From positions 1 through 40,402 of the IMG/VR virus record IMGVR_UViG_3300009424_000185: a stretch of DNA of 40,402 nucleotides. One strand, written 5' to 3'. Below the pieces are notes generated by a model that saw nothing but the letters and a program-made list of their open reading frames with translations, searched no databases and was not told where the DNA came from. The stretch is from a virus (lineage: Duplodnaviria > Caudoviricetes). How positions within the stretch are numbered: position 1 is the first letter of the stretch; every line of letters begins with the position of its first letter. This document shows positions 26,054-35,502 of the stretch, piece after piece. A program made the position numbers and the translations under genes.

Positions 26054-27040
26054 TTATTGACCAACTGGTCGAATTTGTAAACCCGAAACAGGAGAAGTAG
26101 TTGAAGCTCTAGGGCGACGACCACCACGAGAGCCTTCGGCTGCTCTACGATTTCGACCCTCTTCTACCATAGCGTCTTGTCCAACACCTACGGCGTCCAT
26201 TAGCCTATCCCAACGTTCACTTCCCTCCCGAATATCAAGCGAACGAGCGTATTGTTCAGCCCGTTGACGAGCAACATCAAGTTGTCCTTCAGAAACACTA
26301 ACCCTGCGTTCCTCAAGAGGAAGACGAAGGTTTTGACTTACTGTAGCTCCACGGCCTGCAATAAGACGAGGATCGACGCCAGCCATAAGAGCTTCTACAG
26401 GTACTCCTGTTTGCTGAGCCAAAAGCTCAATACCTTGAGTAGCTTGTGCAATTAGAGTAGGATCACCAGAAGAGACAGCAGTAGCCATCATTTGAGAAGC
26501 CGTTGCTAATGCATCGTTAAACGTTTTACGTGCAAGATCAGCATTACCTGTAGCCGCTCGTCGAGCTTGTGTTTCAGCATTTTGACCGGCAATTTGAGAA
26601 CCTTGTACGTTGTTAAAAAACTCTGTACCAAAACCTGCGTCTACCCCGGTAGCTCTTTCAGCCGCAGCAATAGGATCACGGGTAAAACCTGCCATAGCAT
26701 CAGACATACGTTCTTGTTGTCTGCGAGGCGCATACATGGGAGCGTTGCCGCTTTGGATTAGGAAAGCATCACCAAGAACTCCAAGAATATCTCGAAGAGT
26801 TCCTTTAGCTCCAAAAATACCGCTACGATCAGAAGCTTCAGCCCCTTCATTAGCAGCACTATCTCTTTCTAGGATAGCATCCCGATTGTTAAGCGTAAAG
26901 TCTTCATAAATATCTTGTGCTGTTTGACCAGTCACTTCAATAGGGTTTCCTTCAAGAGGATTACTTGCAGTTCCAGCCATAGGGGCGGCTGATTGCTGTC
27001 CAAAAAGTAAAGATAAAGGGTTCATATGATTATCCTCCAA
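26054..27040 (-). CDS. Internal virion/DNA ejection protein (P22 gp20-like position)
   Basis: Synteny and A/Q/R-rich helical composition. Confidence 0.6.
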   Translation of the reverse strand: MEDNHMNPLSLLFGQQSAAPMAGTASNPLEGNPIEVTGQTAQDIYEDFTLNNRDAILERDSAANEGAEASDRSGIFGAKGTLRDILGVLGDAFLIQSGNAPMYAPRRQQERMSDAMAGFTRDPIAAAERATGVDAGFGTEFFNNVQGSQIAGQNAETQARRAATGNADLARKTFNDALATASQMMATAVSSGDPTLIAQATQGIELLAQQTGVPVEALMAGVDPRLIAGRGATVSQNLRLPLEERRVSVSEGQLDVARQRAEQYARSLDIREGSERWDRLMDAVGVGQDAMVEEGRNRRAAEGSRGGRRPRASTTSPVSGLQIRPVGQ

Positions 27041-27497
27041 TCATCCCGCCACTAAGAGCCCCACCGATTAGACCACCAAGACCGTTTTTGCTTTTGCCTT
27101 TTTGCGTAGAGACACCGCCAGCACTGCCAACAAGTTGACCAGCGTTAAGGCCCATACCACCAAGACCTAAAAGCTGTTGCATATAGTTGTTAGAGAACTG
27201 GTTCTGCATGGTGTTGCCGTAGTTGGACAATGCCTTACCGCTAGCGCCCGAGCGCAAGAGACCCCGAGCAGCCGCGTTATTAGTAATACCTCGCGAACCT
27301 TGCTCAGTTAGAGCATCAAAGCCCGTAGCGTCTTTATACGCATTAAACCCGGTCGCATCGCCACCCAGTAATTGAGACAAACTATTAGCTGCGCTAGTTG
27401 CCTGTCCAAACAAAGGACTAAACGCTTGATTAAGATCCCCATACGCCCTGTTCTCAGAACGACCAGAATTTTTGCTTCCTCCAAAAATAGCACCCAT
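27030..27497 (-). CDS. DNA ejection protein (P22 gp7-like)
   Basis: Gly/Ala-rich, with the AAARGLLRSG...AL pattern typical of gp7-like pilot proteins. Confidence 0.75.
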   Translation of the reverse strand: MGAIFGGSKNSGRSENRAYGDLNQAFSPLFGQATSAANSLSQLLGGDATGFNAYKDATGFDALTEQGSRGITNNAAARGLLRSGASGKALSNYGNTMQNQFSNNYMQQLLGLGGMGLNAGQLVGSAGGVSTQKGKSKNGLGGLIGGALSGGMIGG

Positions 27498-27916
27498 TAT
27501 ACGTTATCCTCTTTCCATTGTTGTTTGGTCATCATTACCAACTGTACGGGGCCTGTGACACCTTCGATAATATCTTGATTTTTAAAACCTAATTGTTTGT
27601 TCATCCAAAGAGCCCCTTTATGATCCGTAGGTGTTAGTCCTAATATAATTTCTATATCGTATTCATCTTTAAAGATTTCTTTAAGAAACTCTTTGGCAGC
27701 AATTAACGCTTTCTTACCACGAGAGAAGAAGAAGTAGTGGCCACAAACACTTTTAGGGTTTAAATATTGCCTTTCAAACAATGCTACGTCGTCGTTGTTA
27801 TTAATCAAGGCAACGTTATTAAGATTACTAACCCATTTTAAAGGGTTAAATCCAACAATTTCTTCAGAGTATTGAGAAACTGCTTTTTCTATTTTATCTA
27901 AATTATAAGTTCTCAA
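27497..27916 (-). CDS. GNAT-fold virion-assembly protein (P22 gp14/T7 gp13-like position)
   Basis: GHYFF..RGK.A, TP...AL..NKQLGF pattern and synteny. Confidence 0.65.
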   Translation of the reverse strand: MRTYNLDKIEKAVSQYSEEIVGFNPLKWVSNLNNVALINNNDDVALFERQYLNPKSVCGHYFFFSRGKKALIAAKEFLKEIFKDEYDIEIILGLTPTDHKGALWMNKQLGFKNQDIIEGVTGPVQLVMMTKQQWKEDNV

Positions 27917-27922
27917 TTAAGG

Positions 27923-28786
27923 TTACCCTCTGCCATACAGGCTGACGATTGAGCCATCCACAAATGCACCCGAAGAAAGAAGCAAGTCAAGTTGGGTTAT
28001 TGCATTGGTAGTGTTGTTCCAGAAGCCTCCTGTGGAGGTTTGAAAGAAATTTGATGCGGTGTTGGTTATTCCCATATATTGAAAACAAGTCATCTGTCGA
28101 TGAAATAGTGTGTCAGCATAATTAAATACTGCGGCCTCAAAAGAAGTACCCCTATTGGCAAGAGCTGTAGCAGCGTTTATAGTGGCGACTTCCATTGATG
28201 TGCCTGCGGCGGCAAAAGCCGACCCAAAAGGATTAATCCGTTCATAACTATAATTTGCTCCGGTATCTCCATTCATTCTCAAAAGGACATTTACCGCTGT
28301 CGTAGATGCGGTTCCTCTCGCGTTCACAACCAATATCAAATCTTTGAATGTTCCCGGAATACTGGAAAACGTAACTGTTGCCTGTGAAGCTGATGTGGTC
28401 ACTGTGCTGATTAAGGATAAGGACCCCCCTCCACCACCGGCTCCGTTAGCAGCAGCCGTAATACGGCCTTGTGCGTCTACCGTGAGATTAGTGTTAGTGT
28501 AACTACCGGGAGTAACTGCAGTATTCTCTAAATCAAACTCAATGGGGTCGTTAGTCCCTAGAACGCCTCCCCCTTCAAGTCCTGTACCAGCAGTAAAAAC
28601 TGTACCATTTATAACGTCTAGAATTAGTTTTATAGCGTCTACATCTTCTTGAAGAACCTGAACAACATCTTCTATGTTAGTTACGTCTATTCCACGGTCT
28701 CTAAGTAATCTCATCAAATAATCAGTAGGTTTTCCTGTTTGAGGATCAACAATAGAAAACATCTGGTTAATATCATTAAAAGACAT
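27923..28786 (-). CDS. Tail needle/short fibre protein
   Basis: N-terminal IVDP.TG.PT motif and coiled coil, VTPGSYT..LTVDAQGRITAA fibre motif, poly-Gly hinge, beta-rich tip domain. Confidence 0.7.
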   Translation of the reverse strand: MSFNDINQMFSIVDPQTGKPTDYLMRLLRDRGIDVTNIEDVVQVLQEDVDAIKLILDVINGTVFTAGTGLEGGGVLGTNDPIEFDLENTAVTPGSYTNTNLTVDAQGRITAAANGAGGGGGSLSLISTVTTSASQATVTFSSIPGTFKDLILVVNARGTASTTAVNVLLRMNGDTGANYSYERINPFGSAFAAAGTSMEVATINAATALANRGTSFEAAVFNYADTLFHRQMTCFQYMGITNTASNFFQTSTGGFWNNTTNAITQLDLLLSSGAFVDGSIVSLYGRG

Positions 28787-29575
28787 TTATTGTTCTTTCA
28801 CATTCAAATTCATGGTAAGAGAGTCTACTCGACGTAGAGCCCCTTCATCTTCAATACGGATAAGACGACCCGGTTGCTCAAAACTTCCCAAACTAAGCCA
28901 AGTTGCCCTAGCTGTCAAAGCGTCATTCGGAATATTAATTGTGTCTGCTACAGTATAATTTTCACCCTGATCGTCTGAATAAGACAAAGTTATAGAAGTA
29001 AGAGTTTCGTCAGTAAGTTTACCCGTACTTCCTAGAAGATTTATTTGATAAAGACTAATTCTGTCATAACCACGAACAGGTATTTGACTTGTAATCCTAC
29101 GAGTAAAAGCCTGTGCATCCCTTCCTACAACAGCAGAATCATCTTTATCTTTATCAGGATCAAGTAGATACAAAGAACCCGAAGAGTCTGAACCCACTAG
29201 AATATTAGAACCAAATGTACTGGCAAATTTATTACCAGAAACCCAATTTGTTCCGGTATATACACCCCATAAAAAAGTATCAGAGTCACCCCAAACATAC
29301 CATTGTTCAGTTTGTACATCATAAACAAGGGTTTCTTCATTACCTAGACGTAAGAAATAAAAATCATGACCATCAATCGTCGCAGTCCAAACTCTGATGG
29401 CTGGATCATTTACACGCCCTTTTACGGCAGCTAATACATGAACTTGAGTAGTCCTTACATCACCCCCGTCTGAATCTTCAGCAACAAGTAAAGCTGCTTG
29501 AGATACGCGCGTTTCTTCAGAAGGTTCTGAAATACTTGCAAGTACTTGGACTTGAGAAGCCCGAATATCAGCCAT
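28787..29575 (-). CDS. P22 gp10-like tail hub, C-terminal half
   Basis: GHDFYFL..ETLVYDV.T.QW, LSYSDD.G and W.SLG motifs typical of the second half of gp10-like proteins. Confidence 0.7.
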   Translation of the reverse strand: MADIRASQVQVLASISEPSEETRVSQAALLVAEDSDGGDVRTTQVHVLAAVKGRVNDPAIRVWTATIDGHDFYFLRLGNEETLVYDVQTEQWYVWGDSDTFLWGVYTGTNWVSGNKFASTFGSNILVGSDSSGSLYLLDPDKDKDDSAVVGRDAQAFTRRITSQIPVRGYDRISLYQINLLGSTGKLTDETLTSITLSYSDDQGENYTVADTINIPNDALTARATWLSLGSFEQPGRLIRIEDEGALRRVDSLTMNLNVKEQ

Positions 29576-29577
29576 TG

Positions 29578-30654
29578 TTAAAGAGTCCTGTCAATCTTAA
29601 TATTTACAGCATCTACGGCGATGGGCGTCCAAAGAGCCGCAGTAGCCGGATCAAATTCGCTAATATCCCATTCATATTGAGCAGAAGTAGGGACTGCGTG
29701 AGTAGCTCCGGCGTCTTCGTCCACACCTGAAACCAAAGAGACTTTAAGGGTCGCATCTCCGCCATCTGTTTTCAAGGCTCGAACCATAGTTTGCAAAGCC
29801 CGAATACCAACAATATCTGGCGGCAAATTACTCAGTGTCATAATACTGGCCGCAGGAAGAGTACTACCCGCTTCAATATAATTGGCATCATCTGGTGTAA
29901 GTTCGTCTACAAGTTCATAATCAGTAGAACCAGAACTACGAGTCCATCCAGAGCTTACATCTCCGTTTGGTGAAAGAGTTACAACCTGAACCGAACCAAT
30001 TTGTGCGTTGTTAACACTTCCGTTATTATCTGAAATAACTAAATCTTTGATGTAAATATTAGCATTAGAACTACCCGCAGAAGGAAGCCAGTTTTCTCTA
30101 AAAGCGACAATAGAGGTATTTCCTGTTGCCGGAGAAACATCTGTTCCATTTAGAACACTTACACCTTCTACCCAAATAGTATAAACACCAGTAGTACGAT
30201 TAAGGCTAACCTCTACGTGGTTCCAAACAGCGTTACTAAGAACAGCGCCAGAAGTTGCTACAGTAGTAAAACCTGCAAGCTCAATGTTATCAATAACCGA
30301 GCCTGCCCCATCCGTACGGACCAATTCCAAACCACCTACTACAGTTTGACGTACAATATATCGTACACTATTGTCTACATCCCTAAATTCAACATCTGGA
30401 CAACGACTAGAGTTTTCAGGTTGAGTACTTACATACCAACGAAATGCTACATTAATTACATCTGTAGCTGTTGGAACAATCAAAGACGGTTGAAAGCTAG
30501 TTGAGTTTTTAATTTGAAACACTTTTCCACCAGATACACCATCAGGATCGTTTAACAAAGTACTCATAGAAACAGCAGACCAAGCTGTTCCTTGCAACAT
30601 AATAGTTTCGTCCTCTCCGTAAATAGAGAAGTTATCCATGAATTGAACGCTCAT
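29578..30654 (-). CDS. Beta-sandwich (ConA/LamG-like) tail-associated protein
   Basis: WNHVEV...IWVEG...IYIKDL LamG-like pattern. ATG 30654 with AAAGGT upstream. Confidence 0.6.
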   Translation of the reverse strand: MSVQFMDNFSIYGEDETIMLQGTAWSAVSMSTLLNDPDGVSGGKVFQIKNSTSFQPSLIVPTATDVINVAFRWYVSTQPENSSRCPDVEFRDVDNSVRYIVRQTVVGGLELVRTDGAGSVIDNIELAGFTTVATSGAVLSNAVWNHVEVSLNRTTGVYTIWVEGVSVLNGTDVSPATGNTSIVAFRENWLPSAGSSNANIYIKDLVISDNNGSVNNAQIGSVQVVTLSPNGDVSSGWTRSSGSTDYELVDELTPDDANYIEAGSTLPAASIMTLSNLPPDIVGIRALQTMVRALKTDGGDATLKVSLVSGVDEDAGATHAVPTSAQYEWDISEFDPATAALWTPIAVDAVNIKIDRTL

Positions 30655-30655
30655 A

Positions 30656-31933
30656 TTATATAGACCTTTTAGCTTGTATTTGGATAGAGCGTCTAATTCG
30701 CTCTTCAATACCTGAATTAGAAATACGACGTTGACCGTTATTAATAATAAATACCGCGCCTTCCTCGTCTACCACGATCATACTGTCTCTAATTTTAACG
30801 GCTGTTCCTTCCCACGAACCCCTATCAAAAATAATCCCTTGAAATCTTTGCATAGGAGATTGTGGAGAACCAGTAGTAACCCAAGGCTCTGTGGTTCTAT
30901 CTCCAAACAACCAGAACATATCAGAAAAAGTAATTACCTGATTAATACGATCAGGGCTTCTTTCTGCTGTTGCAAAATTCAAAGGATCAATCGTTCGTTC
31001 ACCGGGATCAACCCAATAAAACCTGCCTACTGTACCAATATCATCGCTTTGAACGGGAACAACAATAACAAACGAATTAATATGCGCCACAGAAATAGCA
31101 CCAGCATCATCAGGAGTAGTTACTTGTGAAAGTTGATCCGTACCACCATCTTCTAAAGTAGTGGCACTCCAAGAAAGATTGACCCCTGTAATTACGGTTG
31201 TTGAAATAGTGTTTCCACTTGCACCCGGAACCTTGGCCTGAACAAATAAATCATTTGCTCCGTAACTCAAAGATTCGACATTAGGATTTTCAACTAGATT
31301 AGTTGAATAAGTAGTCCCCGGTTCTCCGTTAGAGTCAATTGCAATAAACAGATTAGTAAGAGCTTCAGAGTTGTTACCACCTAGATCGACTAACCAAGGA
31401 TTGCTTAAAGAACCATCAGGTGTCCCTGCATCAACACTGGCGTTTGTCCATTGGTAATAGATACCATCAATTTGAATTTTATCGTTATTGGCTATTGCGC
31501 CAGAAGCTTGAAGTTGTCCTCGTGCGTGTCCATTGTCAGTGTACAACCAAAGGACCTGTCCTTCTGCAATAAACAAATAACTAGGTACATCAGTACCAAT
31601 AGGAGACGTAGCAGCCATACTGACATCACCTACGGAAGAAGTGCTTATAGCTCCAAGGTCAGAAACTACACCAGTAGTTGCATTTACTCGATAAAGGTTG
31701 TTACCACTGACTACAAAAGCGTCGCCATTAAAAGCCCCTGCTTCTGTAAAAATCTTACGAACATGCCCTGTTCCGGCAGTTGCAAAAAACCGAAGACCCG
31801 GCCTAGAAATCAAAGAAACCTTAGATTCGTTAAGAGAAGGATTAAATTCTGCAAAACGGTTAATAAGAGGAATATACGCCTCTTTAGCTACAAGCCTTTT
31901 ATAATCGCTAGGAAAAAGAGGAAGGTCTTGCAT
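30656..31933 (-). CDS. P22 gp10-like tail hub, N-terminal half
   Basis: RPGL, VSGN.LY, G.VSMA, FATAE.SPD, LFG..TTE.W and RIS...IE motifs. Confidence 0.75.
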   Translation of the reverse strand: MQDLPLFPSDYKRLVAKEAYIPLINRFAEFNPSLNESKVSLISRPGLRFFATAGTGHVRKIFTEAGAFNGDAFVVSGNNLYRVNATTGVVSDLGAISTSSVGDVSMAATSPIGTDVPSYLFIAEGQVLWLYTDNGHARGQLQASGAIANNDKIQIDGIYYQWTNASVDAGTPDGSLSNPWLVDLGGNNSEALTNLFIAIDSNGEPGTTYSTNLVENPNVESLSYGANDLFVQAKVPGASGNTISTTVITGVNLSWSATTLEDGGTDQLSQVTTPDDAGAISVAHINSFVIVVPVQSDDIGTVGRFYWVDPGERTIDPLNFATAERSPDRINQVITFSDMFWLFGDRTTEPWVTTGSPQSPMQRFQGIIFDRGSWEGTAVKIRDSMIVVDEEGAVFIINNGQRRISNSGIEERIRRSIQIQAKRSI

Positions 31934-31946
31934 TATTATTTACCTT

Positions 31947-32714
31947 TTACCATCTAAAAATACTTCCACGCTCAAACTCTCCATTAAGGCTATAACCTCT
32001 CCAATACCGGCGTTGATTTCCGTCAAGATCAGAAAGAGAACGATCAAGAGGTCGTTCTTGAATTTGAGAGTAACGAGCCCGAAATTTACGGAGCATACTT
32101 TGATAACGATTTGCACTAGCTTGATTAATACCAGAGCCGTTACGAGGATCAAGCCTAAAAGCAAGGCCAATAATCAAGAGATCGTCAAACTCTTTAGGAA
32201 ACGGAGACTCATCTGTTACCAGTAAATCAGAAACTCTTTGCCAATTTGCCCTGTCTGCTCGATAAAACCATGTTCCCTCAAAACCATTAGTATTCAAAGT
32301 TAGATCAGTTACGCTTTCAATACGAGAACCGTTACCATCGATAATAAGAGGAAACGTAGCAAGATTATTACTGGCGTCTACAACACCAAACATTGCACCG
32401 TCTTGAGGGTTAGGTTTAAGTCTAATAGTCTTTGTCTGTTCAAGATTTAGTTTAAGCCGATAACCTGTAGGCATAAACCAGTTTGTAATGAACGTTTCAA
32501 ATTCATTGTTATATGTACTATTGTCAATGTTGCTGTTATTTCCAAACAACACTTCCATTAGATTATCACCTGCCTCGTTACCAAACAACGATTGAATATA
32601 CCGATCCAGCAGGCGAAGAGCCTCGGTTTGCTCAGCTACGGTTTCCGTGGAACCCCTTGCAATAAGGTTGGTTTCTCGGTAAGCATCCGTAATAATCGTT
32701 GAAATAAGAGTCAT
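31947..32714 (-). CDS. Head-to-tail adaptor (P22 gp4-like)
   Basis: II.DA...N-terminus, LA.RL.P C-terminal helix and synteny. Confidence 0.65.
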   Translation of the reverse strand: MTLISTIITDAYRETNLIARGSTETVAEQTEALRLLDRYIQSLFGNEAGDNLMEVLFGNNSNIDNSTYNNEFETFITNWFMPTGYRLKLNLEQTKTIRLKPNPQDGAMFGVVDASNNLATFPLIIDGNGSRIESVTDLTLNTNGFEGTWFYRADRANWQRVSDLLVTDESPFPKEFDDLLIIGLAFRLDPRNGSGINQASANRYQSMLRKFRARYSQIQERPLDRSLSDLDGNQRRYWRGYSLNGEFERGSIFRW

Positions 32715-32717
32715 TGT

Positions 32718-32984
32718 TTATACCACCCCAAGACAGCCTACAGCACCACCAGCAGTAGTAAAAGTACCGCCTACTGATCCGATGTAAAAAGGAAGCGGAA
32801 GCCATTGTCCGGCAGTTACAGCAGCTGCACTTACCAAAGTAGTTGTACTACCATTACCGTTGTTACGAACAAGAGTAACAGTGCCAGAAGTAGTGCAAAG
32901 GAAGCCACCAACACCACTACCGTTCAAAACAACAGTAGAGTTAGCAGCAACCGGAACAGGCGAATAACGTTCTTGTACGTGCAT
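32718..32984 (-). CDS. Small virion protein (possible capsid decoration)
   Basis: G/T/V-rich, 88 aa, directly after the coat gene, AAGGA RBS. Confidence 0.55.
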   Translation of the reverse strand: MHVQERYSPVPVAANSTVVLNGSGVGGFLCTTSGTVTLVRNNGNGSTTTLVSAAAVTAGQWLPLPFYIGSVGGTFTTAGGAVGCLGVV

Positions 32985-33006
32985 ATTTTATTCCTTAAAT
33001 ATGAGA

Positions 33007-33048
33007 CTTGGGGCGTACACAAGTGTTACCTTGCGCAGAGGCCCCAAG
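33007..33048 (-). promoter_or_regulatory. Stem-loop immediately after the coat gene (no U-tract)
   Basis: CTTGGGGC/GCCCCAAG outer stem plus an 8-bp inner stem that pairs, through G-U, only on the - strand. Confidence 0.6.
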
Positions 33049-33060
33049 CATATTGTTAGA

Positions 33061-34350
33061 TTACGAACCGTTAATTCGAACCAGACGACGACGAGCGTTT
33101 GCAACGATGTTAGGCTCGATAGCCACATCGAAACGAACACGGTGTTCGCCAGTTTCAAACTTCGAGTCCTGCCACATGCGAACCGACATAGGGAGCTTAG
33201 TCAGCTCCTTACGCATCGAAATACCCGTTGCCGGAACGATGAGGTCCATAGTGTGAACGCAAACAGCACCCTTGTTAGCAAGGAAACGAGGCTTGAGAAC
33301 CGCACCCGGCGCACCAACAAACGTCACTACAGCCGTGTTCTCAGGAGCCGCCGAAACGGTCTGGAATGGACCAGAAGTAACAATTGCCGGATAAACACGA
33401 GGAGCAACAGCACCAATAGAAGCGGTAAAGTTACCTACAACACGGAACTGCTGAAGATGCGGAAGCGCCTTCTTAGCCCGATTGTCCCAAGCAAAGACAC
33501 CAGCGATAGTGAATACTTCACCATCAACGATAGTCTCAGAACCCGCACCAATATCCATGTTAAGGATTTGAGTGAGGTACTGGCCCGGAGCACCGGAGAT
33601 ACAGTAGTCTTCGTAGGCTCCAGCCGAGTCTGCTGTACCAGCCGTCAAGGCCGAAGCCGTCTGACGAGTACCAACAGTAAAGCTTGGAAGTTGCTGGGTA
33701 AAGGTCGTCGGGATACCCGCAATAGAACCTTGCCAGCCGCTACGATAAACACCATTACCAAGACCAGTCAGGTTACCCGTAACGTTGGTCTCAACAATAT
33801 CCCTACCGAGAGCCTGCTTATCTTCGTAAGCCATGATTGCACGAAGCATCGAGTCGTCTTCACAACCTTCCTGCTTAAGGCGGGTGTAGCCAGCGGCCAC
33901 ATCATCCCAAGTCGAAACGTTCGAAGAACCATCGCCCAAAAGGTTGTTCGATGCAAGAGCAGCAAAGCGCAGAATGTAGGCATCAATGTCATGTGCGAGA
34001 CGCAGAGCAGCAGCCTTGATTGCTTCGCTTTCACGAGCATCACCGATGTCCCGAATCTTCACGAAGTCGCCCCAGCCCATGCTAGTGCCCACAACATTGC
34101 GGAGGCGATACTGTTCGGAACCGAACGTAGTATCTTGAACACCACTACTGAGATCAGCAACAGACTCGTCCGTAAACGTAGTCGAGTAATCAGGAGTAAC
34201 CTGTTCAACAACAGTAAGGCCATTACGGTCGTTCATTTCTCCAGTGTGTTTATTCCAAGTCACGAGGTCCTTCGAGACAAGGTTATTTTGAAAGATCGCA
34301 GCAAAAGATTTAAGGACCAATTTTGCCTGATCGACAGTTACAGTAGCCAT
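33061..34350 (-). CDS. Major capsid protein (P22 coat-like)
   Basis: 429 aa following the scaffold gene, G.IAG..T, GEVFTIAGV insertion domain, RFDV C-terminus, strong codon bias. Confidence 0.88.
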   Translation of the reverse strand: MATVTVDQAKLVLKSFAAIFQNNLVSKDLVTWNKHTGEMNDRNGLTVVEQVTPDYSTTFTDESVADLSSGVQDTTFGSEQYRLRNVVGTSMGWGDFVKIRDIGDARESEAIKAAALRLAHDIDAYILRFAALASNNLLGDGSSNVSTWDDVAAGYTRLKQEGCEDDSMLRAIMAYEDKQALGRDIVETNVTGNLTGLGNGVYRSGWQGSIAGIPTTFTQQLPSFTVGTRQTASALTAGTADSAGAYEDYCISGAPGQYLTQILNMDIGAGSETIVDGEVFTIAGVFAWDNRAKKALPHLQQFRVVGNFTASIGAVAPRVYPAIVTSGPFQTVSAAPENTAVVTFVGAPGAVLKPRFLANKGAVCVHTMDLIVPATGISMRKELTKLPMSVRMWQDSKFETGEHRVRFDVAIEPNIVANARRRLVRINGS

Positions 34351-34413
34351 AATGACTATTTCCTTTCGTATGAGTTTTTGTATAGTTTTGTGTCCATACG
34401 AAAATCACACCAA

Positions 34414-35460
34414 TTAATTACCTTTAAAGAAAACACTTTCAAAATCGTCTAGATTATCGAGGTCTTTCTTTTTAGGTGCAGACGTTCCCCTCGTTGTAGG
34501 AGGAGGCGGCGGTGCGTTGGTTACTTTCGTACGAGACGTGTTTTTTGTTTTTGGCCCATCGTTTGTATCGAACTGCACTGAAAGGCGTCCAAGTTCCACA
34601 CTAGCAAGTGCAGGACCTCTACGAACAATTTCATTTGCAAGTTCAGGGTTTGAAGCCAAATGATAAAGAATGTCCGGCCCGTTGTCAATTGAACGAATAG
34701 TGTCCGTAAGATACTTAGCATAATTAGGTTCAAGATCGCTAAATTGGTCAATTAGTTCTTGACCACGTTCCTGAAAATCGGGATAACGCTCCCGTGCGGG
34801 TGCTAATTTTTCTTCCCATTGCTGTTGAACAGCTTTTTCAGCTTCCTGAATTTTACGTGCCTGTTCCTTTTCAGCTTGCTGTTTTTGGAACTGCTGCTGT
34901 TCTTCTCGGATGGTGTAACGTACAAGGTCCGAATTAAACTTTGGATCAAATTGACCCAACGGATAAATCTTGTTTCCTTCTGCGTCTTCATCATCCCAAT
35001 GGGGCGGTTTAATTTCTTCGTTGTTTTCTTTTGACTTTGGCTTTTCTTCTTCACCAGTTTTCGGAAGTTCAGAAGTTTTATTATCACGATTACGAAGAAG
35101 CTCTTCAAGCTCCATACGCTTACGCTCTTCTTCACGATACTTAGCATTTAGTTCACGAATACGTTTTTCAGCTCGACTTTCTTTCTTAGGAGTTTCCTCT
35201 TCAGAAGTATCGTCATCATTGCTCGAAGTCTCTTCTTCGTCGTCCGTGTCTTCTTCGCTGTTCGTTTCTTCCGAAGTAGTTTTTTCAACACTATCTTCTT
35301 CTTCGACTGTTTCTTCTACATCAGGCTTTTTTACGGGCGCCTTATTATTCCCCGAGGAAAAGAACTCAGTCTCAAAATCATCAAGACTAGGTTCGTTAGT
35401 AGTTTCAACGGTTTCAGTTGGTTCAGTAGTGTTGTTGTTATTATCGAGATTTTCGCTCAT
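34414..35460 (-). CDS. Scaffolding protein
   Basis: Acidic N-terminus, KRI.EL coiled coil, YPDF, GP.ILY.LA.NP and APPP motifs. Lies between portal and coat. Confidence 0.85.
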   Translation of the reverse strand: MSENLDNNNNTTEPTETVETTNEPSLDDFETEFFSSGNNKAPVKKPDVEETVEEEDSVEKTTSEETNSEEDTDDEEETSSNDDDTSEEETPKKESRAEKRIRELNAKYREEERKRMELEELLRNRDNKTSELPKTGEEEKPKSKENNEEIKPPHWDDEDAEGNKIYPLGQFDPKFNSDLVRYTIREEQQQFQKQQAEKEQARKIQEAEKAVQQQWEEKLAPARERYPDFQERGQELIDQFSDLEPNYAKYLTDTIRSIDNGPDILYHLASNPELANEIVRRGPALASVELGRLSVQFDTNDGPKTKNTSRTKVTNAPPPPPTTRGTSAPKKKDLDNLDDFESVFFKGN

Positions 35461-35502
35461 AGTAAGGTTTGCGGTCCTTTAACCGAGTTTGCCAATCTTG
35501 CC

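Noticed and set aside
33001-34452. 483-aa + strand ORF antisense to the coat gene
   Set aside because: Arg/Ser-rich with no motif. Best explained as a shadow of the strong codon bias of the capsid gene.
34970-35482. Ser-rich 170-aa + strand ORF, and the similar 3083-3352 - strand ORF
   Set aside because: Antisense shadows of the low-complexity scaffold and GATase linker regions.
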